From an uncultured Gammaproteobacteria bacterium (GTDB lineage: Bacteria; Pseudomonadota; Gammaproteobacteria; DRLM01), in the NCBI GenBank assembly GCA_963810615.1, contig CAWEOA010000004.1, positions 8,874 to 72,873 on the forward strand: a stretch of DNA of 64,000 nt, read 5' to 3'. Below, in pieces: positions 56,161 to 64,000 of the stretch. The notes under the pieces were generated by a model, which was not told the DNA's origin, did not search any database, and saw only the letters and a list, made by a program, of their open reading frames with translations. A program made the translations under genes and the position numbers. How positions within the stretch are numbered: the first letter of the stretch is position 1; the number at the start of each line of letters is the position of its first letter.

Positions 56161-56648
56161 ATTTGACCTCCTTCATGGTCCAGTTTAAGCGGATTACTAA
56201 CTTAATTTCTGGACCGTTTTAGGGAGTCAGATCACCTGCGCGAGCCGTAACACTGATTGCGGACACTCATTGGGCTCGTATTGACCGTCCAGTTTGTGTC
56301 TATTCTGTTGAAAAACTCGAATTATCCAACCCTCCGATATTTGCCAAAAGACAAATCTTTCGAGAGTTATACCCAATATTTGCGTACGTCTCATTGTGAG
56401 ACCACACAGCGGGACATCTAGAGAACTTGCTGCTCTTTGCAAGCTTCTCGCCCTATAAAGGCTGTAATTATTTCATCCCCCCTGGAAAAGAAGTATTTCA
56501 GCAGAATAGGCGGGAGCTGACATTCGCTACATAAGCCCATGGTAGGGATCTAACCGTATTCGAAAGTACCGAAACTCCGGAGATCAAGGATGGTCGAAGT
56601 TGTACGGGTTTTCGTTATTTCCACTAACTGACAGGATTGAGGTGCAAA

Positions 56649-57233
56649 ATGTCTGAACCTGAAAGAGCATCTTGGCGTGAGAAGAACCGTGTTCTAGTCG
56701 CTGTATATCCCGATGAAAAGGGGACGGAAGCTGTTGTGAGATCCCTGATCGACAAGGGTTACCAGATGGATCTTATCTCCGTCTTGGGAAAGCCACATGC
56801 GTCGGGTGACGATACTTTGGGGATTTATCACCTAAACGTCGGCGACCGCATGAAGGCTTGGGGGAAACAAGGCGTATTCTGGGGTGGACTGTGGGGAATG
56901 CTTGCAGGAGCCGCCGGATTGTTCATGATTCCCGGGGTTGGTACTGTGGTGGCAGCAGGTTACATTGTGGAAGCTATTGCCAGTGGTGCAGTAGTAGGCG
57001 CCACCGCCATGGGCGGCGCTGCAGCATTGTCGCAACTGGCAGTCGCCTATCACCGGGCAGGAATTCCACAAGAAAAAATAGAGTCTCTACACAAGGCCAT
57101 AGTAGAAGGCAAATATGTGTTGATGCTGCGCGGAGCAATGTCTGAGCTCGATCAATGGCGTGAAGTGCTCGCATCAGGAAAACCTGTCTTAATCGATAAC
57201 TTGCCCTATTCGCGAATTATCGACAAAGGTTAG
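56649..57233 (+). CDS. DUF1269-like (general stress protein 17M-like domain) membrane protein
   Basis: N-terminal VLVAVYPDEKGTEAVVRSLIDKGYQMDLISVLGK, Gly-rich TM helices (GGLWGMLAGAAGLFMIPGVG...) and a second soluble repeat. ATG at 56649 with GAGGTG upstream. Confidence 0.6.
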   Translation: MSEPERASWREKNRVLVAVYPDEKGTEAVVRSLIDKGYQMDLISVLGKPHASGDDTLGIYHLNVGDRMKAWGKQGVFWGGLWGMLAGAAGLFMIPGVGTVVAAGYIVEAIASGAVVGATAMGGAAALSQLAVAYHRAGIPQEKIESLHKAIVEGKYVLMLRGAMSELDQWREVLASGKPVLIDNLPYSRIIDKG

Positions 57234-57365
57234 CCTTCAGCATACTAGTATCGGCCAAGGCGAGAACTAGCAGACGGTTTAGGGCAGTGGATTATTTCGA
57301 CTCCCCTTCAGCGCCAGCCATTCTATAAATAAGAATTCTTGTGATATCTTCCTTTGGAGCCTGAG

Positions 57366-57977
57366 ATGAGCATGCGGTGTCCATGGATTTTAGCGGTGCT
57401 TATGATAAGCACCTTTCTCCTTGAAGCGTGTGCTTCCGTCCCGACGATACATACCGAGATCATCGGGAGTTGGAAGGCGAATAACTACAACGGGAAGTTT
57501 TCCAATGTCCTGGTTATTTCCCACGCGGCCGAACCGGGGATCAGAGAAAAAGTCGAATCCATCATGGTAAAGAGTCTGGAGAAGCGAGGCTTGCATGCGA
57601 TAGCATCGTCCGACATCATGCCTGCCAATGAAAAGATAAATCGGAAGACGGTTAGGGCCGCGATGGCGGGCAAGGGCTTTGATGGAGTGTTGGTGTCGCG
57701 CTTGCTTGACGTGGATCGGAGCACGATATATATACCACCGTCCCAAGACACTAGCTTTGACGAATCGTTTGACGGCGTTAGCCCTATTAATATTTCGCCC
57801 GGTTACGTAGAACACCTTTCAGTTGTTTCCTTACAAACCAACCTCTATGACACGGCATCGAGACGACTGGTCTGGTCTTTGAATTCGCAAACCTCTAATT
57901 TCAGCACCGTGAGCGACATAGTGCTAAGTGTGTCCCAGACCGTCATTAATGACTTACGGGCCATGGGCCTGATCTGA
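57366..57977 (+). CDS. lipoprotein (DUF4136-like)
   Basis: Signal peptide with a Cys (ISTFLLEAC). The pattern ...SLQTNLYDTASRRLVWS... resembles DUF4136. ATG at 57366 with GGAG upstream. Confidence 0.55.
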   Translation: MSMRCPWILAVLMISTFLLEACASVPTIHTEIIGSWKANNYNGKFSNVLVISHAAEPGIREKVESIMVKSLEKRGLHAIASSDIMPANEKINRKTVRAAMAGKGFDGVLVSRLLDVDRSTIYIPPSQDTSFDESFDGVSPINISPGYVEHLSVVSLQTNLYDTASRRLVWSLNSQTSNFSTVSDIVLSVSQTVINDLRAMGLI

Positions 57978-58309
57978 GCAATACCTTTAAAGTACCTTCG
58001 TAATTATTCCAACCCCTGCAAAGCAGTCATTCCAATTCACTAACAGAAGGACCGTAGCAGGTCGATAGTTCCAGTTTGCGGTTCCGTTGATCGGGCTTCC
58101 ACCCTAGGCCAACAGCGTCTACTCGTCTTCCCACCCTGTTCTACAAGAGCTCTGTCAGAATATTAATATCAATAGCACTGACACCACGGTATCCATTTCA
58201 TTGCACATCAAGCAATTGCGGTGGCATTATGGGCGTCCGTATATTAAACAATGACCGGGCGTCAGTGCCCATCTATTACCTGTTATGAGCCAACTAGACT
58301 GGAGATTTT

Positions 58310-58531
58310 GTGCCTAGAAGGATGACCGCGACAAAAGAAGGAAATCACCAGATGTTCAAGGATTCCTCTTTTGAAAGCCTAGTTGTTAGCTGGTTAATGC
58401 AAGATGGCTGGCAAGTTTTTATACCCATTTTAGATAATGGGCATCAAACAGATATTCTCATCTCTTATGGGCCAAATTATCATCGCGTCCTAGCTAAAAC
58501 AGTTGAAGCGACTCGTCAAGCCGGCGACTGA
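58310..58531 (+). pseudogene. truncated PD-(D/E)XK endonuclease-like fragment
   Basis: FESLVVSWLMQDGWQVFIPILDNGHQTDILISYGPNYHRVLAKTVEA fits the E...GW.V..P...D(L/I)(L/I)...Y.R(I/V)Q.K core. The ORF stops right after the K motif. Confidence 0.4.
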
Positions 58532-58563
58532 TTCCGACTTTCTCGATGGAACGACGATGTAAG

Positions 58564-58584
58564 ATTTCTCGCTACGCTCGAAAT
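58564..58584. repeat. REP-like hairpin, same family as 1847-1866 (opposite orientation)
   Basis: ATTTCTCGC-TAC-GCTCGAAAT (7/9 bp). The reverse complement GTCATTTCGAGCGTAGCGAGAAATC parallels GTCATTCCGGCGAAAGCCGGAATC. Confidence 0.4.
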
Positions 58585-58679
58585 GACATATACCACGGCG
58601 GATTGGCTGCGATCGACACGACACTTCGTGAGCATCACGGGGAAAAAAACCCGGGCTTCGAAATGAGACCCTGGCTATT

Positions 58680-59993
58680 ATGAAAGTACACATGCTATCA
58701 GTATTACTGCGGGCTCTGCGCCACCGCAATTACCGCTTATTCTTCATCGGGCAGAGCATTTCCCTGGTCGGGACGTGGATGACTCGGCTGGCGGCAACCT
58801 GGCTTTTGTGGCGACTTACCCACTCCGTAGAGATGCTCGGCCTACTGGGTTTCGCCGGCCAGGTGCCGACCTTCCTGTTCGCGCCCATTGCCGGCGTCTG
58901 GGTGGATCGTCTCAACCGTCACAGCCTGCTGGTGGCGACGCAGGTGTTAGCGATGCTGCAGGCCTTTACCCTGGCGGCGCTGGTGCTGTCGGGGAGCATC
59001 ATGGTCTGGGAAATCTTCGCGCTACAGCTGTTGCTGGGTCTGGTCAATGCCTTCGACATGCCCGCCCGCCAGTCGTTACTGATCGACTTGATCGAGGACC
59101 GCGCCGATCTGTCCAATGCGGTGGCGCTCAATTCGTCGATGGTCAACGGGGCGCGCCTGATTGGTCCGAGTATCGCGGGGCTGCTGATCGCGTGGGTGGG
59201 CGAGGGCTGGTGTTTCTTAGCCGACGGGGTGAGTTATCTTGCCGTGATCGCGTCGCTGCTGATCATGCGGGTGGCGCTGAAGCCGCGCGCCGTCAAAGGC
59301 AAGCGGGTGCTCCATGATCTTCGCGACGGGCTGCGCCACGCCTTCGGTTTCGCACCGATCCGGGCAATCCTGCTGTTGCTCGCGTTGCTGGGCCTGGCGG
59401 GGATGCCGTACCGGGTGCTGATGCCGGTGATCGCGGCACAGACGCTGCACGGCGGACCGCATACCCTGGGTTTTTTGATGGCTGCCATGGGTGGCGGAGC
59501 GTTGATCGGGGCCTTGTACCTCGCCTCGCGCAGCACGGTGCTGGGCCTCGGGCGCCTGATTCCCTACGCCGTCGTCATCTTCGGCGTGAGTCTGGTGGGG
59601 GTGGGCCTGTCACGGTGGCTGCCGCTGTCGCTGCTACTGATGTTCACTATGGGGGTCGGCTTCATGGTTCATCTGGCCGCCAGCAACACCCTCATACAGA
59701 CTCTGGTGCGCGAGGAGATGCGCGGGCGGGTGATGGCACTCTATCTCATGGCGTTCATGGGCACGGCGACCTTCGGCAGTCTGCTGGCCGGCGTTGTCGC
59801 CGCTGCGGTGGGCGCGCCGCTGACCCTGGTGGGCGGCGGCCTGGTGTGTGTGGGCGGCGCTGTGGTTTTTTGGTTCAAATTACCCAGGTTGCGGGAGCAG
59901 GTGCGGCCCATCTATATCGAGAAGGGAATCCTGCCGGGGGTCGCCGAGACCTTGCGGGATGCGACGGTGCTGAGGGAAGAGGTGGAGCGGTGA
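58680..59993 (+). CDS. MFS transporter (EntS/MFS_3-like)
   Basis: 12 predicted TM segments. N-terminal LRHRNYRLFFIGQSISLVGTWM and VWVDRLNR are typical of this subfamily. Confidence 0.85.
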   Translation: MKVHMLSVLLRALRHRNYRLFFIGQSISLVGTWMTRLAATWLLWRLTHSVEMLGLLGFAGQVPTFLFAPIAGVWVDRLNRHSLLVATQVLAMLQAFTLAALVLSGSIMVWEIFALQLLLGLVNAFDMPARQSLLIDLIEDRADLSNAVALNSSMVNGARLIGPSIAGLLIAWVGEGWCFLADGVSYLAVIASLLIMRVALKPRAVKGKRVLHDLRDGLRHAFGFAPIRAILLLLALLGLAGMPYRVLMPVIAAQTLHGGPHTLGFLMAAMGGGALIGALYLASRSTVLGLGRLIPYAVVIFGVSLVGVGLSRWLPLSLLLMFTMGVGFMVHLAASNTLIQTLVREEMRGRVMALYLMAFMGTATFGSLLAGVVAAAVGAPLTLVGGGLVCVGGAVVFWFKLPRLREQVRPIYIEKGILPGVAETLRDATVLREEVER

Positions 59994-60130
59994 GGGACTG
60001 CTGTTTGATGCTGCGGACAACCTTATCTGCTTCGTCCTTCTCGTCATGTTTTTGACTCATCTTCGTTCCTTTCGTCACTTCGACCAGCCAAAACATCACC
60101 TTAGCAATTCCCCGCTATCTGTCCAACTTG

Positions 60131-60192
60131 TGCTGACGGGGTACACTCTTGAACGAATCTCTTCATTACCTAAAACACATAATGCCATGCAT
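60131..60192 (+). repeat. island-associated repeat, degenerate partial copy E
   Basis: TGCTGACGGGGTACAC...TCTTCATTACCTAAAACACATAATGC aligns loosely with arm 2 and tail of copy A. Lies at the GC-rich to AT-rich transition after the MFS gene. Confidence 0.3.
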
Positions 60193-60231
60193 CAGCCGAC
60201 GCGCTTTAGCGCGTTTAGCTGTATGCGCTAG

Positions 60232-61221
60232 TTATGTTCGTTTGTTTATCAGCCACTCTGTCAACCCCGCATTAACAACAAGCCCAGCTACCTTATTCAG
60301 CCCCCAAAGATGAACTTTTGGATCGAGAGATTCCATATCAGATAAGTCAGTGTGGCAGGTGTGATACACAAAATACATTTCATTAAATTGCTCATACTCC
60401 TTATACGTGTCAATGTAAGACTGGATTTCGGCACGTGTTGTTGTTAACTTAATTTGCACGAAAGCTCTTTTTTGTGTGGAGGGAGAGTAAACATCAAGAT
60501 CTACATCTTCCTCCATCCTTCCCAGGACAGAATATCTTTGCCAACCTTCTTTTGAGAAGACCAAGTCAATTAACAACTCAAAATCGTGCCACCAAAGCCC
60601 CTTGATTAACTCTTCAACGTCAGCCCTTAGCGCTTCAAGAGAAGTTTTTGTCTTTTCTACCTCAGGAATGGTTAGTCCATTAATTTTTTTGACAAGATAG
60701 TCCTGCATGTCAATGGAGCTAATTGATCCGCGAAACTCCTGAACTTTTATTACGCGCCCATCTATATTCTCAATGCGAAGTGCCTTGCCATTAATATCGG
60801 TTGATGACCAAGAACCAATAACGTTTCTAATTCGGCTCTTGTCGTTCAGTTCTATGACATCGCTCGCGGCACGACACCAATATAGTTTTTTCTCGTAGAA
60901 AGTAATCCAAACATCAGTTTCTTTTAGTTCATAAAAATCGCGTATTTGGTTTACATCTCGCGTTGCTGCGCCCTCGTCGCCATTGTGAGCATTTAGCCAA
61001 TATTGCCTTACAGCATTCCAATTTCCGTCTAAGGAGTCTTGGTGATGGGGGCTGTGGTCGCCCAGTCGGATAGTACCCTCAAGAATGCATGACTGTTCCC
61101 ACTCGCCGTCTTCACCGAGCTTGATAAAACGAATTTTTTCTGGGGTGATTGGCGTCAATTTAGCAGACCTCAATAAGAACATAACAGTAATATGAACGGG
61201 ACCCCGTGCCCCGTTATACAT
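60232..61221 (-). CDS. Mrr-like PD-(D/E)XK restriction-endonuclease-domain protein with an unknown N-terminal domain
   Basis: The C-terminal WHDFELLIDLVFSKEGWQRYSVLGRMEEDVDLDVYSPSTQKRAFVQIK fits the Mrr_cat pattern (FE...G...D.D(L/I)D...(V/C)Q(I/C)K). AT-rich. The alternative start at 61182 is possible. Confidence 0.6.
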   Translation of the reverse strand: MYNGARGPVHITVMFLLRSAKLTPITPEKIRFIKLGEDGEWEQSCILEGTIRLGDHSPHHQDSLDGNWNAVRQYWLNAHNGDEGAATRDVNQIRDFYELKETDVWITFYEKKLYWCRAASDVIELNDKSRIRNVIGSWSSTDINGKALRIENIDGRVIKVQEFRGSISSIDMQDYLVKKINGLTIPEVEKTKTSLEALRADVEELIKGLWWHDFELLIDLVFSKEGWQRYSVLGRMEEDVDLDVYSPSTQKRAFVQIKLTTTRAEIQSYIDTYKEYEQFNEMYFVYHTCHTDLSDMESLDPKVHLWGLNKVAGLVVNAGLTEWLINKRT

Positions 61222-61604
61222 TTTTTAGCATTCCCTAAAAATGCTTAATATTTCCCTGTATTTATCAGACGTTACGCCATGGACATGACTCTTTCAAGCC
61301 CTGCAAGGGCGGACCCGTACTTGCGAGCCACTGCAGCAGGGTGCCCACCTCTTTCAAGGGTCCGCTCAGGGTTGCGAAGGCGGACCTAACAGCAACATTC
61401 GACACAATACACCTCACCAGGACCACCCAGACTTTGAACCCAGTCCCAGCGACACGATACAAGTAGTCACCATCCCTCTATATACCCTAAGACGTTTTTG
61501 TCTATGGCAATAGATGCAGTCTTTTGCCATTTGAACATGAATTTCTCCTTAATAGTGTGCAAATGAAAGCCGCAATACTGCGACCACAACTTAGGATAAA
61601 TTGA

Positions 61605-62015
61605 ATGAAACATACAGGTGAAAAGATACAAAGCGATCTTTGGAGATTACGCAATCTTTATATGACCGGGCTAATCTTTGTCGCATATTATGATGGCGAA
61701 GAACCGTACGATGAATATGGCACTGATCGTATAGGTTACAGAACGGCGGGAGATCCGGGCATACACTTTGAATATTCCGACTGCCTTGAAGATCATCCCC
61801 GAAATCTTTACGGCATGATCGCTGAGCTTGCACGGGCGGTAGTGCATTTGCGGATTGGCGCTTACGCAGAGAGGGTAAAGGATTTCGTGAATGGGTATGA
61901 TGAAGAGCAATGGGAATTTTACGAGAAAATGGTTGCGGATTACAAAGTCGGTAAAAGACGCCCTGCTTTACGCGTGTTGCGTGAGGATGGTGAACACAAT
62001 TTGGATCAACCGTAG
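61605..62015 (+). CDS. hypothetical protein (orphan)
   Basis: 136 aa, acidic, balanced composition, AGGA 9 nt upstream. No motif recognised. Confidence 0.45.
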   Translation: MKHTGEKIQSDLWRLRNLYMTGLIFVAYYDGEEPYDEYGTDRIGYRTAGDPGIHFEYSDCLEDHPRNLYGMIAELARAVVHLRIGAYAERVKDFVNGYDEEQWEFYEKMVADYKVGKRRPALRVLREDGEHNLDQP

Positions 62016-62473
62016 GCCTACAGAGCCACACATTACCGGGAGGCGGCACAACCACGACTACCCGGACGCACCTGGCACAAAACCGGTACCAACATTACGA
62101 ACCCCGGGCCAGCCAAGCGGCCTATCGACAGACCCGTCACGCCTCGTACGACACCCAACCAAGGGATAAGCCACCCCCACCCACTCGGACGTCCTAGGCG
62201 ATCCCACAGATAAGCCGCCTTAAACCTTAAACCCACAGGTATACCCAGCATTATCTTTAGGCTTTTGTTGGGGGGGATTACCTTCTTGCGTTGTTCTGTT
62301 TAATAGGTGTGGTCAACAATTTCAGCAATGACGCATATAACGCGGCTCTGACGATAAGTTACCCATGCGGAACCTCGTGGATGGTATTTCTACTGATTCG
62401 TGAAAAAAGAAGGGCTCTCAAGATCTAGCTTCTCCGTGAGAGATGCAGAGTAGTAAATGGGCTGAATGATATC

Positions 62474-62620
62474 GGAGTGCCCAGGTTCATCTCCTCGGGT
62501 GGTCATTGGAATTAAGGAAAGTCAAAGACTTCTAATGGTGGCGCGCCCGAGCTGATGAATCTGGACACTGGTTTGAGTACATTTCCCTTACATAACGGCG
62601 GACAAGGGTGGCTATACCCA
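62474..62620 (+). repeat. island-associated repeat, copy C (complete: arm 1, loop, arm 2, tail)
   Basis: Arm 1 (62474-62499) and arm 2 (62546-62570) are inverted, with 20/25 complementary positions. The tail CATAACGGCGGACAAGGGTGGCTATACCC aligns with copy A. Confidence 0.65.
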
Positions 62621-62747
62621 CAGCTGTTATATCATTTCTTTGCCGAAAATAGGTCTAACTATTCGATAGTTATGGCTTATATAGTAGTTAATTGAGATAG
62701 TCTGATATGTGTAATAATATTAAATAAACTAACTGGGGGGATCGTAG

Positions 62748-63128
62748 ATGCCGTACACCATCAACCATCTTACAAACCTAGATATAGTGGAACTGGCGCT
62801 CACTGGCTTCGTTTCTGGCAGTGACCTACGCGAAGCAACTACCAAGTGCATTGACCTTCAGAAAGAGGCAGGCGTAACAAGATTTCTCGTTTATATAAAC
62901 GGCTCTGAGATCCTCGCATCATTTGTTGACGTTTACGATATAGCTGAAAAGCAATATCACAGAGAAGGAGTCGATAGACAAAGTCGTATCGCAGTAATTT
63001 TCCCCACTACTTTAAGCGCACAAGCCGCTTCAAATTTCTACGAGACTGTCTGCCAAAATCGTGGCTGGAATGCACAGGTTCATCCAAACCGTAAAATTGC
63101 GCTTGACTGGTTGATGGACGCTACCTAA
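62748..63128 (+). CDS. STAS/SpoIIAA-like small protein (paralog 2)
   Basis: 126 aa, with a GGGGGG SD 7 nt upstream. RIAVIFPTTLSAQAASNFYETVCQNRGWNAQVHPNRKIALDWL follows the SpoIIAA-like (DUF3478-type) C-terminal pattern. Confidence 0.65.
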   Translation: MPYTINHLTNLDIVELALTGFVSGSDLREATTKCIDLQKEAGVTRFLVYINGSEILASFVDVYDIAEKQYHREGVDRQSRIAVIFPTTLSAQAASNFYETVCQNRGWNAQVHPNRKIALDWLMDAT

Positions 63129-63432
63129 TTCGACGTCTCACATTTAGTCAGGCCTATTTTCCTAGCTTAATTCCCACACCGACTGCCTGGCTCGAAGTGA
63201 CAACTTATTGTTAATATAAATTTAATATCAATTCCTTATAAGGTCCGCCCTCACCCTTCTTTGCGCCTAGCATCGCTGGGCATCGTCGAGAATCCTAGAC
63301 GCTCTACGTATCGACGTGATATTTATTGAATGTTGGCCTATTAGCGGCCAATTGTCGCATCCTATGCATGAGAAAGTAATTGCATTATAAGATTATGTGC
63401 AGGGTGTTAGCGTACTTGAGGGGGGGGTCGCT

Positions 63433-63822
63433 ATGAATTGGGAATTTAATTATTTTAAGGATCACAATTATCTTGAAGTCATCGTTCATGGAAATCCTTC
63501 GTCTGATCAGCTCAACCAAATGGCTAAAGAACGGTGGAATATGCTACAGGAGCTCAATTGCAAAAAGGTCTTGTTTGATTTCACTAGAATCACAAGCATG
63601 TTAGCCACTGTTGCTATTTATCATCGGCCTGAAGAGACCGAAAGTATTGGTGTGCGAAGAGTAAATTATACGGCGGCTGTAGTACCAACCACCTATTGGA
63701 GCGATTTTAAATTCATGGAGACTGTATATCAAAATCGCGGATATGACTTGCACGTATTTCAGAGTAAGGAAGATGCCCTAAATTACCTGATCGCAGCCCC
63801 CGTACCTGAATCGAAAAGTTGA
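63433..63822 (+). CDS. STAS/SpoIIAA-like small protein (paralog 3)
   Basis: 129 aa starting at MNWEFNYF, with GAGGGGGGGG 5 nt upstream. YTAAVVPTTYWSDFKFMETVYQNRGYDLHVFQSKEDALNYL aligns with paralog 2. Confidence 0.65.
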   Translation: MNWEFNYFKDHNYLEVIVHGNPSSDQLNQMAKERWNMLQELNCKKVLFDFTRITSMLATVAIYHRPEETESIGVRRVNYTAAVVPTTYWSDFKFMETVYQNRGYDLHVFQSKEDALNYLIAAPVPESKS

Positions 63823-63938
63823 GATCGCAAACATGAGTGTAGTGTTCTCAAGATAATTCGTCTCTAGGCTAGTTACCAGCCCAGAGTCGATATGGGCCAA
63901 TTGGCGATGTATGGCAATAGCTAGAGCGAATTAACTCA

Positions 63939-64000
63939 AAGTGCCAGATTCATCTTTTATGCTTGCAACGAGAAGGGTAATAATTCAAGTACTTCAGTTG
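63939..64000 (+). repeat. island-associated repeat, copy D (arm 1 joined to tail), cut by the window end
   Basis: AAGTGCCAGATTCATC matches arm 1. TTATGCTTGCAACGAGAAGGGTAA matches the ATGCTTGCAAAGGGTGG tail of copy A. Confidence 0.45.

Larger units (their letters stand above)
54951..56229 (-). mobile_element. IS3-family insertion sequence (IS407-like group), 1279 bp
   Basis: Imperfect ~40-bp terminal inverted repeats begin TGACCTGCCCC (54951) and TGACTCCCT (reverse complement of 56229). orfA and orfB lie in the 0/-1 frames. No clean target-site duplication seen. Confidence 0.85.

Noticed and set aside
54947-56233. Target-site duplication of the IS3-family element
   Set aside because: The flanks read ...GCACTG | IS | GATCACC.... 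No 3- or 4-bp direct repeat is present, so I do not claim one. The boundaries rest on the inverted repeats only.
61265-62251. ORFs 61265-61462 (minus), 61591-62055 (minus), 61671-61910 (minus), 61891-62169 (plus) and 62033-62251 (minus)
   Set aside because: They overlap the more plausible 61605-62015 gene or lie in the C/A-skewed blocks. Their translations are Pro/Arg/Cys-rich with no start context.

Overview
GC-rich proteobacterial chromosome segment, most likely gammaproteobacterial. Gene content hints at a halo- or alkaliphilic, microaerobic lifestyle: two Na+/H+ antiporters, a betaine-type ABC importer, a cbb3 oxidase and a PEP-CTERM protein. Visibly AT-richer islets interrupt it at about 1-1400, 4620-5450, 26000-31300, 48100-51400, 53650-58650 and 60000-64000. 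I support about 60 protein genes, no tRNA or rRNA, and no CRISPR array. There is one complete IS3-family (IS407-like) insertion sequence, two IS fragments and several decayed genes (ndh, a MarR-type regulator, a sulfotransferase, a P-loop kinase and a PD-(D/E)XK fragment). Main calls, left to right: permease and thioredoxin-fold pair, CspA, Ada/Ogt-like regulator, cytosine deaminase, a MacAB-like ABC efflux operon, CheV, an ECF sigma (COG4941/ECF42-like) with two YciI/DGPF proteins and a VOC protein, a six-gene operon (M20 carbamoylase, isochorismatase-type hydrolase, divergent transcarbamoylase, AsnB-like amidotransferase, OpuC-type importer), NiCoT transporter, HPP protein, APS-type CysH, a PAS-PAS-GAF-GGDEF-EAL protein, YfcG-like GST, a single-polypeptide CcoN-O-P cbb3 oxidase, rhodanese, PRC-barrel protein, GH100-like glycosidase, M50-CBS protease, NhaP, CBS protein, PLD/TVP38/EEP trio, NhaA, ferritin-like protein, Crp/Fnr regulator, PEP-CTERM protein, a Zn-peptidase/ATP-grasp pair, an MFS transporter, an Mrr-like nuclease and three STAS/SpoIIAA-like paralogs. 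Most interesting hypotheses: (1) the 14.7-22.3 kb operon matches step for step the synthesis and turnover of an N-carbamoyl amino-acid amide compatible solute, a pathway with no assigned genes to my knowledge. (2) Six FNR/Anr-type boxes, one a perfect TTGAT-N4-ATCAA, tie the 31.5-49.7 kb block into a low-oxygen regulon next to a Crp/Fnr gene. (3) A previously unnoticed repeat/hairpin family of about 100-150 nt (five copies) marks the AT-rich islands, and one copy is split by the IS. (4) The cbb3 oxidase is a triple fusion. All functional calls come from motif recognition by eye; no database search was possible.
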